NCBI RefSeq assembly: GCF_001949145.1
Contig: NW_019091355.1
Location: forward strand, 429,720-492,791
Direction of reading: 5' to 3'
DNA: 63,072 nucleotides
Origin: Acanthaster planci
Lineage: Eukaryota
This document shows positions 52,001 to 63,072 of this stretch, one piece after another. The translations under genes and the position numbers were made by a program. The notes under the pieces are model-generated. The model was not told where the DNA came from. It saw nothing but the letters and a program-made list of their open reading frames with translations, and did no database searches. Each line of letters opens with the position of its first letter. The stretch's first letter is position 1.

Positions 52001-55000
52001 AGAGAGACTAAAGAGTTATATGACATCACAATCATGGTATATGAACATTGTGCCCTCAGGCTGGTCTTCCTTTCTTGTCAATTCCATTCCACCTAAAGCA
52101 TGCATTTTTGACCATGAATCTCCTTTTGCAATTCCGCAACACCTTCGTATTTACGTTAATAACGTTTCCATCTTGTAATTGTTTCACAAAGAAAAGGGAG
52201 TCAAAGGTGATCGGCGTCAACATTGCTTAAAAGTTTTACCGTTATTCCGATTTTTTTTCCACAGAAGACCAAAATAAAGGGAAGTGATTTTTATGCCATG
52301 TACGTTGTAAATATATTTAGAGAGTATAAGGAAGTAGGCCTATCCCTCGATCATGACGAAATCAACTTAAGCTACATATTCGCTCTCACTAGTCTTTTCT
52401 ACTATCTTTTCTTACGAAATGCATTAAAGTGAATTTTTTCACCTTCGGCAGGCAAGTGACTCGGGAACACCACAACTCAACAGCACCTTGGAACTCAAAA
52501 TTATCTTGACTGACGTGAATGATAACGCACCTGCATTTGACCAATCAAGCAGAGACATTGTCTTGGAAGAAGAGGATTCCTACGCCGCAGGAAGTTTGGT
52601 AAATTGCTGGCAGTTTCTCCCTATTCCCCGACGCACAAAAGATCTAGCCGCCTATCCTGATTGACCAAAAGCCTTGTCCTCGAAAACGTTGTTTTAATAA
52701 TCTTCGGACTCTCTTGGAAATCCCCCTTCAAACTATTACAAGAGCTCGTTAAATAATTGAAAAAAGTCGAACAATTAACAAACAGCCTAGCAGTAGCACA
52801 CCACGTGATTGCAACTGATGTTGTTTCACCAATAGAGGGCGGCATGTCAAATTGGCGGCACCCTCAAAACACGGGAATCTAGACACTTGCTAGACGGACA
52901 TAGGCGTTGTCATTTGTGACAGTGCAGGAGTCTGTTCAGTCTTTTTTACAAGACCTTCCTATTGTTTTATTCGCGAACCATGAATAATACGACCCATCGC
53001 TGTCAGAGGCCCCCTTCAACAAACCCTGCTCCACTCTCGTTCACGTCACACATGTACTATATACATACATGTACACGCACACCCACAAACCGCTATCACC
53101 TTCGAACCGCTTTCAAAGGAAGTCAAAAATATTATTGAAGCCCAAACGTTTGACATTGGCATTTACGGAAGCCAGTAGGTGGCGATAAAGGTATTTTTTG
53201 GTGAGTTTTTGGAATTTTTGAGAACCCTTTTCACCTTACTAGGCCTATATGTAATATCATGGAGCGTTAGTGTTAATGTTTGCTGTAGCCTGAGTATGGC
53301 CTGAATTTTCCATGCTGCATCATGACCATGTTAGCATTTGTGTCAAGTCGAGGACGTTTCTGACTGACACGGCTTCTGTTGATTTTACAGTGTGTGTGTG
53401 TGTTTTTTTGTTTCAACAATATCATGTACAGGTTGTTGGACTAACTGTGACTGATCAAGACAAGAACAGCTTCTTTGTTTATGAGGCAGTCGGGGATAAC
53501 GTGGACTCATTTTTTGTTAGACCAACAGGTAGGCCTGTTGGTTTTAAATATCCATTCCAATTATCTAATAGAAAAACTGTGACAAAGTTGATTTTTACAC
53601 AGCTTAAGAGGCAATACTGGGAATGAAAGCATTTGCCGTAAAAAAAAGTGAAGGGAAAACTCTAGACATTTTTGTCTGATGTCAGTCATACCATGGTCAA
53701 ACAAATAACCAAGATCGTCCGTTAACTTTGAATCTCTTTACTAAATGTGAGAGTTTTCTTCTGCTTCAGTAAGAACAAACTGTCTTGTGTTGTAAAAATA
53801 AAATGACAGTGGCTTAGTTAAGGTCACATTTTGAAAAATGAATTGTAAACATTATTTCCACACATTTTTAAAACTGATTGAAAGTTTCAGAACAAAAACT
53901 GGAATTTAAAACTAAATATGAGTTTTTCTTGGTAGCAAATTTACACCTGAGTGACCATGTATGTCATTGAATTGCTAACTATGATCAGCTAAGTGGGTTT
54001 GTCTGTCCATCACTTTGTTTGTTTTTATCATCAAACACAGACAATGGTTGTGAGGTCTTCGTCAGGAAGACATTGATAGACTCTGGACAGCCTTACATCA
54101 TCCTCATCACAGTCAGCAACCCCGACAAACCAGAACTTGTTGATGATCGCAGCACAATCCGGTTGAGAATTTTTCCAGGGAAAGTTCAGTGCCTGCAATT
54201 TATTCCTCAGAATCCTAGCCTGACACTTTCTGCTCCGCTAGACAACTCAACAATCATTGACATGGATGTCAACTATACCTGCACAGACAACTTAGATACT
54301 TCATACATTGAGTTTGAAGAACAAACAGAGACATACAGAGCAGGTGTGTGCAGCTTCCATTATATACATGTGTTTACTGCCATTTGAGTTCAGTAAAACT
54401 AAATTATATGCAGTGTCTGAAAAATCCAATCAAAATGCATGAATAAACGTAAACAAGAACTTCCTAATTACATGCGTTTCTGTGACAGGCATTGATGCGT
54501 AATGGACCTCAAAGTAGAATCAATTGGAAAATTGTTTGTTGAAGAAGATGATACAGGATAAGACTTGAAGCTATGCATGGTGGAAGTACTGAATAAGTTA
54601 GGCTTAAGGTTGCACAATGTAGACAAAACTATCTCTTATATGAGTGTGTGGTTCTGAGAAGAATCGATGTTGAACACTCGATGTTCCGAACAGTATGCTC
54701 TGTTCGTCTTCTGGAGGGTGGCCCTCGGTTCACCATCGGTTCTTCTCAGAACCACACACTCATATCAGATATTTTCTACATGGTGCAACTGCAAGCCTAA
54801 CCTATTTAGATGATACAACTTGTTCAATTCTCCTTTTTGTCAAACAGACCAAAATGATGTTGGTGGCCAAACTGATTTCTTTTCTATTGATGAGTTTACT
54901 GGTGAGATTAATGGGAATTCAGCAGCGCCCGTTGGTCTTTACTCCATTACTCTTGAAATGTTCAACAGCTCTGATGTTAACAACAGCATACGAGCCAACA

Positions 55001-58000
55001 CCAAGGTACGTGTATGAAAAAACTCTCCACTTGCCAAGCTATGGTATGAATGCCCAAAGCCAACACCATGCAGAAATACCTATGGTCAATTCTTAGGTTG
55101 AACATCAAACTGATTATTCTCTCGTTCCCATGAACTTTCTTTTCCCACCTGCATTCTTTTTTGGGGGGGCTCTTTTATTGGGGACTATTTTAACTAATTT
55201 GTACTTGTTTCTGGTGATATTATGTAACTGAAAGTGCTGGTTGGATAAAGTCAGTGTGTACTGATGACATTTCATCTTTGGAGGACAAATTCAACTGTCC
55301 ACATTCCTCCACTTGTCTTGTAAATGCAGGTTGAAGTGAGATTGGTTCCAATTGACAACGCCGCTCCACAATTCTCTGCTGAAGTATTTGTGTTACCGCC
55401 CCTTATCCTGCCCCTTGACATGGACAGAGAGCTTTTTGATCTGACGCCGAATGTCACTGATGATGATTATCCACAGTTTGGAAATGGCGAGTTGATGTTT
55501 GATAAATTGAAAGAGGAATGCTTGGATTGTACTGAGACAGGTAAACAATCAACATCCAGTCTCTCAATGGATATCTTAGCTTCTAGAATTTGATTGATGG
55601 GGGAACTAACTTCCAACCCACACTCCCTTGTCAGTAGGGCTTGGCAATTTTTTTCTTTTGGAATAACTCAGGTTCGACAGAAACAATATATACTGCCGTA
55701 ATTGTGAAATGCATTTTAGCTGCAAACACTTTAAAACAGGGCATGAAAATGTCATGATTATGTCATAATGATGTGGTCAAGTCAATCTTATTTATTTAAA
55801 AAATGGCAAAAGTGTCTAGCTAAGACAAAAGTGCAATGAGTGCTCATAGTTGATATTCCTTCAGCATTCCTACTTAACCCAACAACACAAAGATTTCATT
55901 TCAATTCATCATCAAAAGGAAGAGTAAATTTGCCACTAAACTTATATTTTTCGGCATAAACACTCGTTCAGTTTTCAGAGAAACTTAATCCCCTAGGTAT
56001 AAAAGCTCTTAAAAGGCAAGTAAATTCCTTTTCATACTGTTTAGATGTGATTCAAGTAACGCCTAATGGTAAGCTGTTCCTTGCTGTGGAGTCAACAACC
56101 ATCACTGCTCTATCGCTCAATGTAACTGTGCGAGTACAGGATCGAGCGCTGGTGCCTCTCAATGACACAGCGCTCGTGAGTATCTCTCTCAAACAACCTA
56201 GTACCAGCCCGCCCACATTTACCAAGGAATGCACGGCTCCAGTGAGAATTGAAGAGGTAATTGAAAATTTAGTGGAACATTGAATGAGGTAGAAACTTAC
56301 CTTTGACCCTCCTGCTGCATTTAGGAAAAAATGTAAAGAACATTTTGTTCACCGGTCCACGTTCAGTCATTTACATTCAAGAAATAAGTGCACAGATACT
56401 AGCTAAAAGTTCCCTGGTTTCTCCACATTCTGGAATGTGAAAGGAAACAGCAGGAACCAGTCTAGAGGAGAAAACTTTTTTCTNNNNNNNNNNNNNNNNN
56501 NNNNNNNNNNNNNNNNNNNNNNNNNNNNNNNNNNNNNNNNNNNNNNNNNNNNNNNNNNNNNNNNNNNNNNNNNNNNNNNNNNNNNNNNNNNNNNNNNNNN
56601 NNNNNNNNNNNNNNNNNNNNNNNNNNNNNNNNNNNNNNNNNNNNNNNNNNNNNNNNNNNNNNNNNNNNNNNNNNNNNNNNNNNNNNNNNNNNNNNNNNNN
56701 NNNNNNNNNNNNNNNNNNNNNNNNNNNNNNNNNNNNNNNNNNNNNNNNNNNNNNNNNNNNNNNNNNNNNNNNNNNNNNNNNNNNNNNNNNNNNNNNNNNN
56801 NNNNNNNNNNNNNNNNNNNNNNNNNNNNNNNNNNNNNNNNNNNNNNNNNNNNNNNNNNNNNNNNNNNNNNNNNNNNNNNNNNNNNNNNNNNNNNNNNNNN
56901 NNNNNNNNNNNNNNNNNNNNNNNNNNNNNNNNNNNNNNNNNNNNNNNNNNNNNNNNNNNNNNNNNNNNNNNNNNNNNNNNNNNNNNNNNNNNNNNNNNNN
57001 NNNNNNNNNNNNNNNNNNNNNNNNNNNNNNNNNNNNNNNNNNNNNNNNNNNNNNNNNNNNNNNNNNNNNNNNNNNNNNNNNNNNNNNNNNNNNNNNNNNN
57101 NNNNNNNNNNNNNNNNNNNNNNNNNNNNNNNNNNNNNNNNNNNNNNNNNNNNNNNNNNNNNNNNNNNNNNNNNNNNNNNNNNNNNNNNNNNNNNNNNNNN
57201 NNNNNNNNNNNNNNNNNNNNNNNNNNNNNNNNNNNNNNNNNNNNNNNNNNNNNNNNNNNNNNNNNNNNNNNNNNNNNNNNNNNNNNNNNNNNNNNNNNNN
57301 NNNNNNNNNNGGGCTACCAGTCATCTATGGCTTCAGGAGGCAAGAACCAGGAAATTTCAGCCTCAACTCAGAGACAGGCCAGATATACACCACAAGGCCC
57401 TTCGATTACGACACAGAAGACAGAATGTTTGAGGTGGGGGATTTTTTCTAAATTTCTTTCGTAGTTTCTCAGTGCTTCAAAATGAGACAAAAAAGTCACA
57501 CTCTCCAGGATCCCCAAGTCTTTCCTCAAGTGATGAAGAAAACTTAATGATATCTTATCCATTTATTCTATTTATTGCATCAAACATTCAACAGTTAACT
57601 CTGTTCCAGTAAACAGCTATAATCAGCTAAAATCAACTTTAATCAGCTATAATGAGCTATTATCAGCTATTATCAGCTGTAATCAACAATGATCAGCTAT
57701 AATCAACTATAACCAGCTATCAACTAAAATCAGCTTTAATCAGCTGTTACCAGCTATAATCAGTCATAATCAGCTATAATTAGCTAAAATCAGCTTTAAT
57801 CCACACTATTCTGCTTAAAGTCTACTTATTTTAATCGATATTAAAAAGATAACGGTTTGGTTGCTTTCACTGACCAAAAAGTGATAAGTGAAAGTAAAAA
57901 GTGAAGTACAATTCATGAGAGCTTAATTACTGGGGAAATTGGATGGAATTTGTGGGACGAGAGATATTTCAAACGTACGATTTCTTCCCACAGCTAATTG

Positions 58001-61000
58001 TCTTTGCAAGCACTAGTGAGACAAGCCCAGAAAGGATCACCGTGGTTACTGTGGAAGTTGTGGACATCAATGACCATGCTCCCACATTTACACAGGTGAG
58101 TTTATATGCGTTGATTGGGTCTATGGAGTTCCTGCTCAAAATGTTGTTGTTGTTTTGCTTTAATGGTGCTTTCAGCTACTCTGGCTTTTTGCTCCAATTA
58201 CTATATGTTTATCCATAACCTTGGTTAATCAGCATTACATTATGGAGTAAGGAGGCGGTGTTGTAGTTGTCAAGACTGGTCTTGGTCTCGAGACCAGTTT
58301 GAATGTGGTCTTGGTCTCGATTGTGTGCACCCAAGGTCAAAACTTGCGCGGCCAAAGTTTAAAGCTTTCGCACTCGCAGTTAAACTTGCGCACGCAAAGT
58401 TGAAGCTTGCACCAGGAAGAAGATAGCGTGTGACAGCCCCCCAAATAATTGTCACTGGATACCGCCCATAAAAAGATATGTGATTTGCTGTTGATGGGGT
58501 ACCTGTTAACCCGTAGTCTTATTGCGTGGTCTGGTAACTAGACACTTATTTATGCACTGTTTGTTGATCTCAAACTTTACTAACAAGACATCATTCCGTG
58601 ATAGTGTTTGTGGCACGTGTGTCGCCGCGTGCCTTTACCTTGGTGGTGCGTAAGTTCGTTGATGTCATGATTACCAGAAAGTCTTTTCTGGCTATCATGT
58701 CTGCCATTTCGGCAATCATACAGTATACATTCAACTACCACAAGGAATAGGCCTACGTTGGTGTCAAAACGGGAGGCAAAAAAGACATTGCTGTGTGTGT
58801 TTTTGCACGAAAAACCCAGCATCAGCGATAAGGCAGGAACAAAAACGGTCTGCCTTCATCAAACACTTGCACTGCCATCACCCCATGGAGTACATACAAG
58901 TCCACTCACAAGTCCCTTCACAATGCCGGTCATTAGTAACACGGTAAACAATGATAAAGGAATGTCACACACTTCTTTTGAATAGCCTGTGAATTGGCTT
59001 AAGACTGAATGACTTGTGATGGACTTACCAGGACTTGTAGGGACTTGCGATGGACTTACAGGGACTTGTAGGGACTTGTGATGGACTTACCGGGGCTTGT
59101 AGGGACTTGTGATGGACTTACCGGGAATTGTGGGGACTTGTGATGGACTTGAAGGGACTTGTGATGGACTCAAATACAACATTGCATGCAGGGCAAGCCA
59201 TTGTGCATTTTTCTCAGTGTGAATGATGTATTTGAACCTAATATAAACATAATCCAAGTCGAGTGGCGCCCTCTAGCAGTTAGGAATAAATCATATGTAT
59301 CCTCAATTCCCATGGCTGATTTTTTGCAGGAGGACTATACCTTTGAGTTTGATGAAGACACAAATGATGCCCTTTGCAGCCAGCATAAATGGTCCATCAA
59401 AGCAACAGATGACGACTCCACACCAGTCAATTCCATCATTCAGTACTCCATTGTTGGTATGGAAACATTTGTTATATGGAATATTCAACTTGGAGTAAAT
59501 GAGTCCAAAATTTCAAAGTTTCAAACGTTTTGGTAAAAAGGTGTATAGCTTGAGTTTTTACTCAGTGAATTAAAGTCATTTGTTTCCTAGGAACCTTTCC
59601 CAATCCTTAGCTAAGAGTTGCATTCAAATTTGTCGAGAGGTTTTTCATAAACACTGTAATTAATTTTCCAGGTGACAGTGTAGATTTTGACATAGATCCT
59701 TCTTTGGGCATCATCACCAAAATCCGCTGCATTGATGCTGAGAATGCCAACTACACATCAGGCTTGATCACACTGACCATCAATGCAACCAACCCAGATG
59801 CCGAACGTCAACTTATGAGTTCTGTAGAAGTTACTTTCATCATTCGGGATATGAATGATAATTCACCTACCTTTGACCCCGTGGACATGCCTCCTGAGCG
59901 GTTTCCCTATTTGCCATCCTTTTCTGAAATAGTGAATGTCACAGCAACAGATAAGGACGTGGTGAGACATAATAACTTAATCATGATGCTTGAAGTTAGC
60001 ATTGGCTTAATATCAACAAAATATGCAGTGGGAATACCCTTGCTAGTAAAATGGGAAAGATGTTGTCTAAAATTTTGAGCTGTTTGAAATGTCCTTCTTT
60101 GATGTACGTTTTCCTCTCATATTTGGTAACCTAGATTTGTTCTCCCAATTTTTGATCTTAGAGTGAGTTCAACAGTGGTATTGAGTATTCCTTGGACACA
60201 CCTGAGCAAGCTGCTAGTGTGTTTCAGTTTTTCACTATTGACCCTACCAGTGGTGTCATCAGTACATTAAATGTGACTGATGGAGTGATTGGAGAGACAG
60301 CTGATTTAGTGGTAAATTTACTTGAAATAAATTAGACTTCAAAGTTTGCATATTGTAAGCCTTAGGTATTTAAACAATTCAAGACCATTTAAAAACATTT
60401 TTCACATTTTTAATTCCCATGAAAACTTCTGAACATTTTATCACCAATATTTGTTCCCCCTGAAGTGGAACTCTGCTGTTAACATTTGATATCTGGCTTA
60501 AAGTTATGAACTGTGTCAAGAACTCACTGGAAGTAGCATTTGAACCAGCGACCTCCAGAATTCTGTTCTGTCTTTGATATTTTTTTGAATTGTCAGTATA
60601 GTGGTTTGTGACATGATCCTTTTAACTTTTTTCTGGATTTAGATCCGAGTGAATGCTCGTGATAAGGGAGCCCCACCACGGTCCGCCCCTGAACCAGCTC
60701 GTGTTGTCATCATCGTGAATCCTACCTACAAGGATGAACCGTATTTCAGAGAAGACCACAGACAACAAGAGTAAGTTCAAATGAAACTGTCTTGTAGGGA
60801 GAAGCTTAGTTGAGGGGAATCCTGAGGTCAAAGCAGGGATATCCAAACACAGATTGAATGACGTAAAATCATAAGGTAATCACTACCCATTCACACACCA
60901 TTCTTAAAGTCATTTAAGTCATATCTCAAGCCAATCAGACATCATTATAAGCCATATCTTAAGCCAATCACTGGTCAAGACATCATTAGTGCCAATCACA

Positions 61001-63017
61001 AGTCAAAAAAGTCATCAGAAGTCAGTCACAAGTCAGGCCATTAGTCAACCCACCCCCATTTACCTTGATGGATGGGTCAAATTCACCTGTCTTGAGATGA
61101 AACAAGTCTGCCTCATGTTTTGTGCCGTACTTCCTGTTATAACACTGTGCAGTCTCAGGTTTCTGAAGGATTTATTACACATAGATTCAATTGTCATATT
61201 TATATGAATTACCACTTTCGTCATGGAGATTTTAGTCCATGATTTTCTTTTATTTTCACTCTATTTGAGATGATGCCATAAGCCATCCTCCAATGAAACA
61301 TGTGGCCAACATGTTTAGGTCGCTCCCACCACCATGGCTCTCATTATAGACTAATCCGATTAGACCCCATAACTGCGGTGGCACCGCACTCACACGCACG
61401 TTCTCCAGCTTGACGCGCATTTGCATTTGGCAAATTGCAATATCCTATTGGCCGAAGAGACATGAAACACGCGTGCACCACCTGTCCACGAGCGTTGTGC
61501 CACTGCAGTAATGGCTTCCAATTCTGGTGGTCGAAGGTACTACACTTCTGTCAAAAAAAACCCCATTTCTGTCTTCATGCACAGGATTTCCATCCCAGAG
61601 AATGCAGAAACGTGTTCCAACCCATTCACTGCCCCATATCTTCCAAACAACAAGGAACTCAGAGTTCTCTACACTATCGACCAAGTTGTTCCACCGTCTG
61701 GTGAGATAAATTTCTGATTCAAAGACAGTGACAGTTCCTGTATCTGTTGGGAGTTTTTCAAACTAGAAATTGCTGCATTTCTGCTGAGAGATAGTGTTTT
61801 TAACATACATCCAGCTGGAAAGGATATCATGCTAATAGAGGAAAAACGAATGTCTTTGCTGAACCCAATACCATTAGGAATTCACATAGCTTTTGTTTGC
61901 TTCATACTTGTGTAGTTTCTCCTGTTATTGGCAGTGTTGTAGTCGTTGGGACTGGTCTTACTCTAAGGATACTTTTTCGGGCCTGGTCTTGGTCTGTTGG
62001 TCTCGGTCTCGGTCTTGGTCTTGGACTGCCTGGTCTTGACTACAACACTGGGTATTGGCCACAATCAAATAATTCTGGTCTTCTCTCATTCTGAAGCCAT
62101 TGACCAATTCTGCCTGAATTTCACTGACCTGATGACTCCAAGTCTTTGCACCAAACAAATGCTGGATCGCGAGAATTCCACAGAATACACCATCACAGTA
62201 AGGGCAAGCTCATGCAACACATCCGTCAGCAACTGTGAGCCTGGCAACCAGTGTGGGGTCAAAAGACAAGCTGCAATAAGAGGTATTTTTTGTATTAAAA
62301 TGAAGTTACAAATTAATTTTCCTGTTGTTTCCTAGCTTCAGTTGAGGCTGAAGTTACTGCATAATAAGTCCTGTCGGATGTTAATTTGTAATGCCCCATC
62401 TCATTTGCAGTGTTGCCTTGTAAATGAGAGAAGCATTTGAATTCACAATTGATCTCCATATTCTATTCCCTAGTAACCATCTCTACACAACAATCATCAT
62501 TATATTTATCTTAAGTTGCACCTCCCGATTACCCCTAAAGGTAAACCACTGCTTTCAAGCAGATTTACATATAAAATTGCTTTGCAAATAAAAGCAAGGC
62601 TTAATCCTCTTTCTATGTTGTATCTCTTAGTTTGCAAATTGCTACCTTTAAAAAAAGAACACACTGCACTATTTTGGTTGGACATCTTAATGCCAGTTGT
62701 AAGTAAAGACACTGCAACACTGCCCTCGGTAGTTCATGCACCAAGTCATTAGGAACTTCAATGTTGCACTTGTTTGTTTTTTCCCATCTCATTGTAAAGC
62801 AAATTCCAACTTCACCTGTTCATTTAAGTACTCTGGTGTTTTTTCATATCCAGCCCTGAACGGTCCAGACTTTAGCTTTGTGGTTATACGACTTCTCGTT
62901 GACGATATCAATGATGCCAATCCTGAGATTGAGAAAGATTTTGTAGCTGGTGCCAATAAGTTCCTGATAGCCGTGCCAGACGACACCAAATATGGTGCTA
63001 AAATCTTCCAAGTCCAG
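40016..63017 (+). CDS. Long cadherin-related protein (CDHR/PCDH15/CDH23-like superfamily member), 5' part only: signal peptide plus >=15 EC repeats, >=35 exons, continues past window end
   Basis: Exons: 40016-40076 (MNILLITTLTLATCLHLANA), 42163-42323, 42861-42929, 43658-43738, 44214-44312, 44658-44801, 45156-45366, 45584-45690, 46151-46339, 46881-47024, 47486-47623, 47792-47985, 48736-48865, 49717-49796, 50019-50118, 50479-50598, 50760-50855, 51225-51326, 51574-51769, 51942-52036, 52452-52598, 53432-53528, 54041-54343, 54848-55005, 55330-55540, 56045-56256, [gap]-57433, 57994-58095, 59330-59456, 59672-59961, 60162-60311, 60643-60770, 61585-61700, 62097-62282, 62854-63017. Phases are consistent, with recurrent DxNDNxPxF, AxDxD and LDRE/DFE motifs. 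No TM segment in the window. Confidence 0.93.
40251..40429. mobile_element. Young palindromic TA-flanked MITE in cadherin intron 1
   Basis: Perfect 35-bp terminal inverted match tacggaagcccgttagggccacggtatattcctct / agaggaatataccgtggccctaacgggcttccgta. Internal 21-bp repeats and a central palindrome actcgcggccgcgagt. Confidence 0.85.
49253..49445 (+). repeat. Dispersed repeat (second copy ~61346-61540)
   Basis: tatagactaatccgattagac.cc.ta...gtggca.cgcactcacacgcac...cagcttgacgcg...agtaatggctt..aattctggtggtcgaa shared by both loci. Confidence 0.8.
54575..54805. mobile_element. Degenerate second copy of the hammerhead-bearing inverted-repeat family
   Basis: tgagtgtgtggttctgagaagaatcgatg is inverted as catcggttcttctcagaaccacacactca. 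Contains gaacagtatgctctg as in 25184-25198. Confidence 0.55.
56484..57310. other. Assembly gap (N run) inside the cadherin gene; hides at least part of one exon
   Basis: Run of N; coding sequence resumes mid-exon at 57311. Confidence 1.
57612..57800. repeat. Degenerate 10-bp tandem repeat (aatcagctat)n
   Basis: About 18 imperfect decamer copies. Confidence 0.9.
59011..59170. repeat. Degenerate (ggacttgtga/ggacttac) minisatellite, 10-11-bp subunits
   Basis: Repeated ggactt cores with a ~32-bp higher-order period. Confidence 0.9.
61932..62050. mobile_element. hAT-type MITE (same family as 5222-5404)
   Basis: TIRs cagtgttgtagtc / gactacaacactg. 8-bp TSD gttattgg / ggtattgg. Internal ggtctt/ggtctc repeats. 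A further fragment lies at ~58256-58320. Confidence 0.8.
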
Positions 63018-63072
63018 GTATGTCTATTCATATTTGTGTGTCATTTTGAACAAATAATGTACACTGCAGCTC

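Noticed and set aside
56377..57432. 315-331 aa ORFs over the second gap
   Set aside because: Artefacts of translating N; only 57311-57433 is real cadherin exon, in a different frame

Overview
This is eukaryotic, intron-rich animal DNA. It is probably a marine invertebrate deuterostome such as an echinoderm, inferred only from gene content, repeat types and frequent TAGGCCTA/TACATGTA words. There are two N gaps (12676-12899, 56484-57310). By following splice sites and reading-frame phase I reconstructed four spliced genes that the ORF track mostly misses. (1) A 15-exon, ~919-aa minus-strand protein of 8 EF-hand-pair units (EFCAB6/CFAP115-like) with an RFX X-box upstream. (2) A 6-exon, minus-strand secreted Cu/Zn superoxide dismutase (SOD3-type). 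(3) A plus-strand, intron-containing 5-methylthioribose kinase (MtnK)-like gene, from an enzyme family classically assigned to bacteria and plants. (4) The first >=35 exons of a long cadherin-related gene that runs off the window. Introns and spacers hold many non-autonomous elements: PIF/Harbinger-, hAT- and TA-flanked MITEs, a CR1/L2 LINE remnant and minisatellites. They also hold a tRNA-derived element in inverted repeats and a long palindrome whose arms carry minimal hammerhead-ribozyme cores. All family assignments come from motif recognition; no database search was run.
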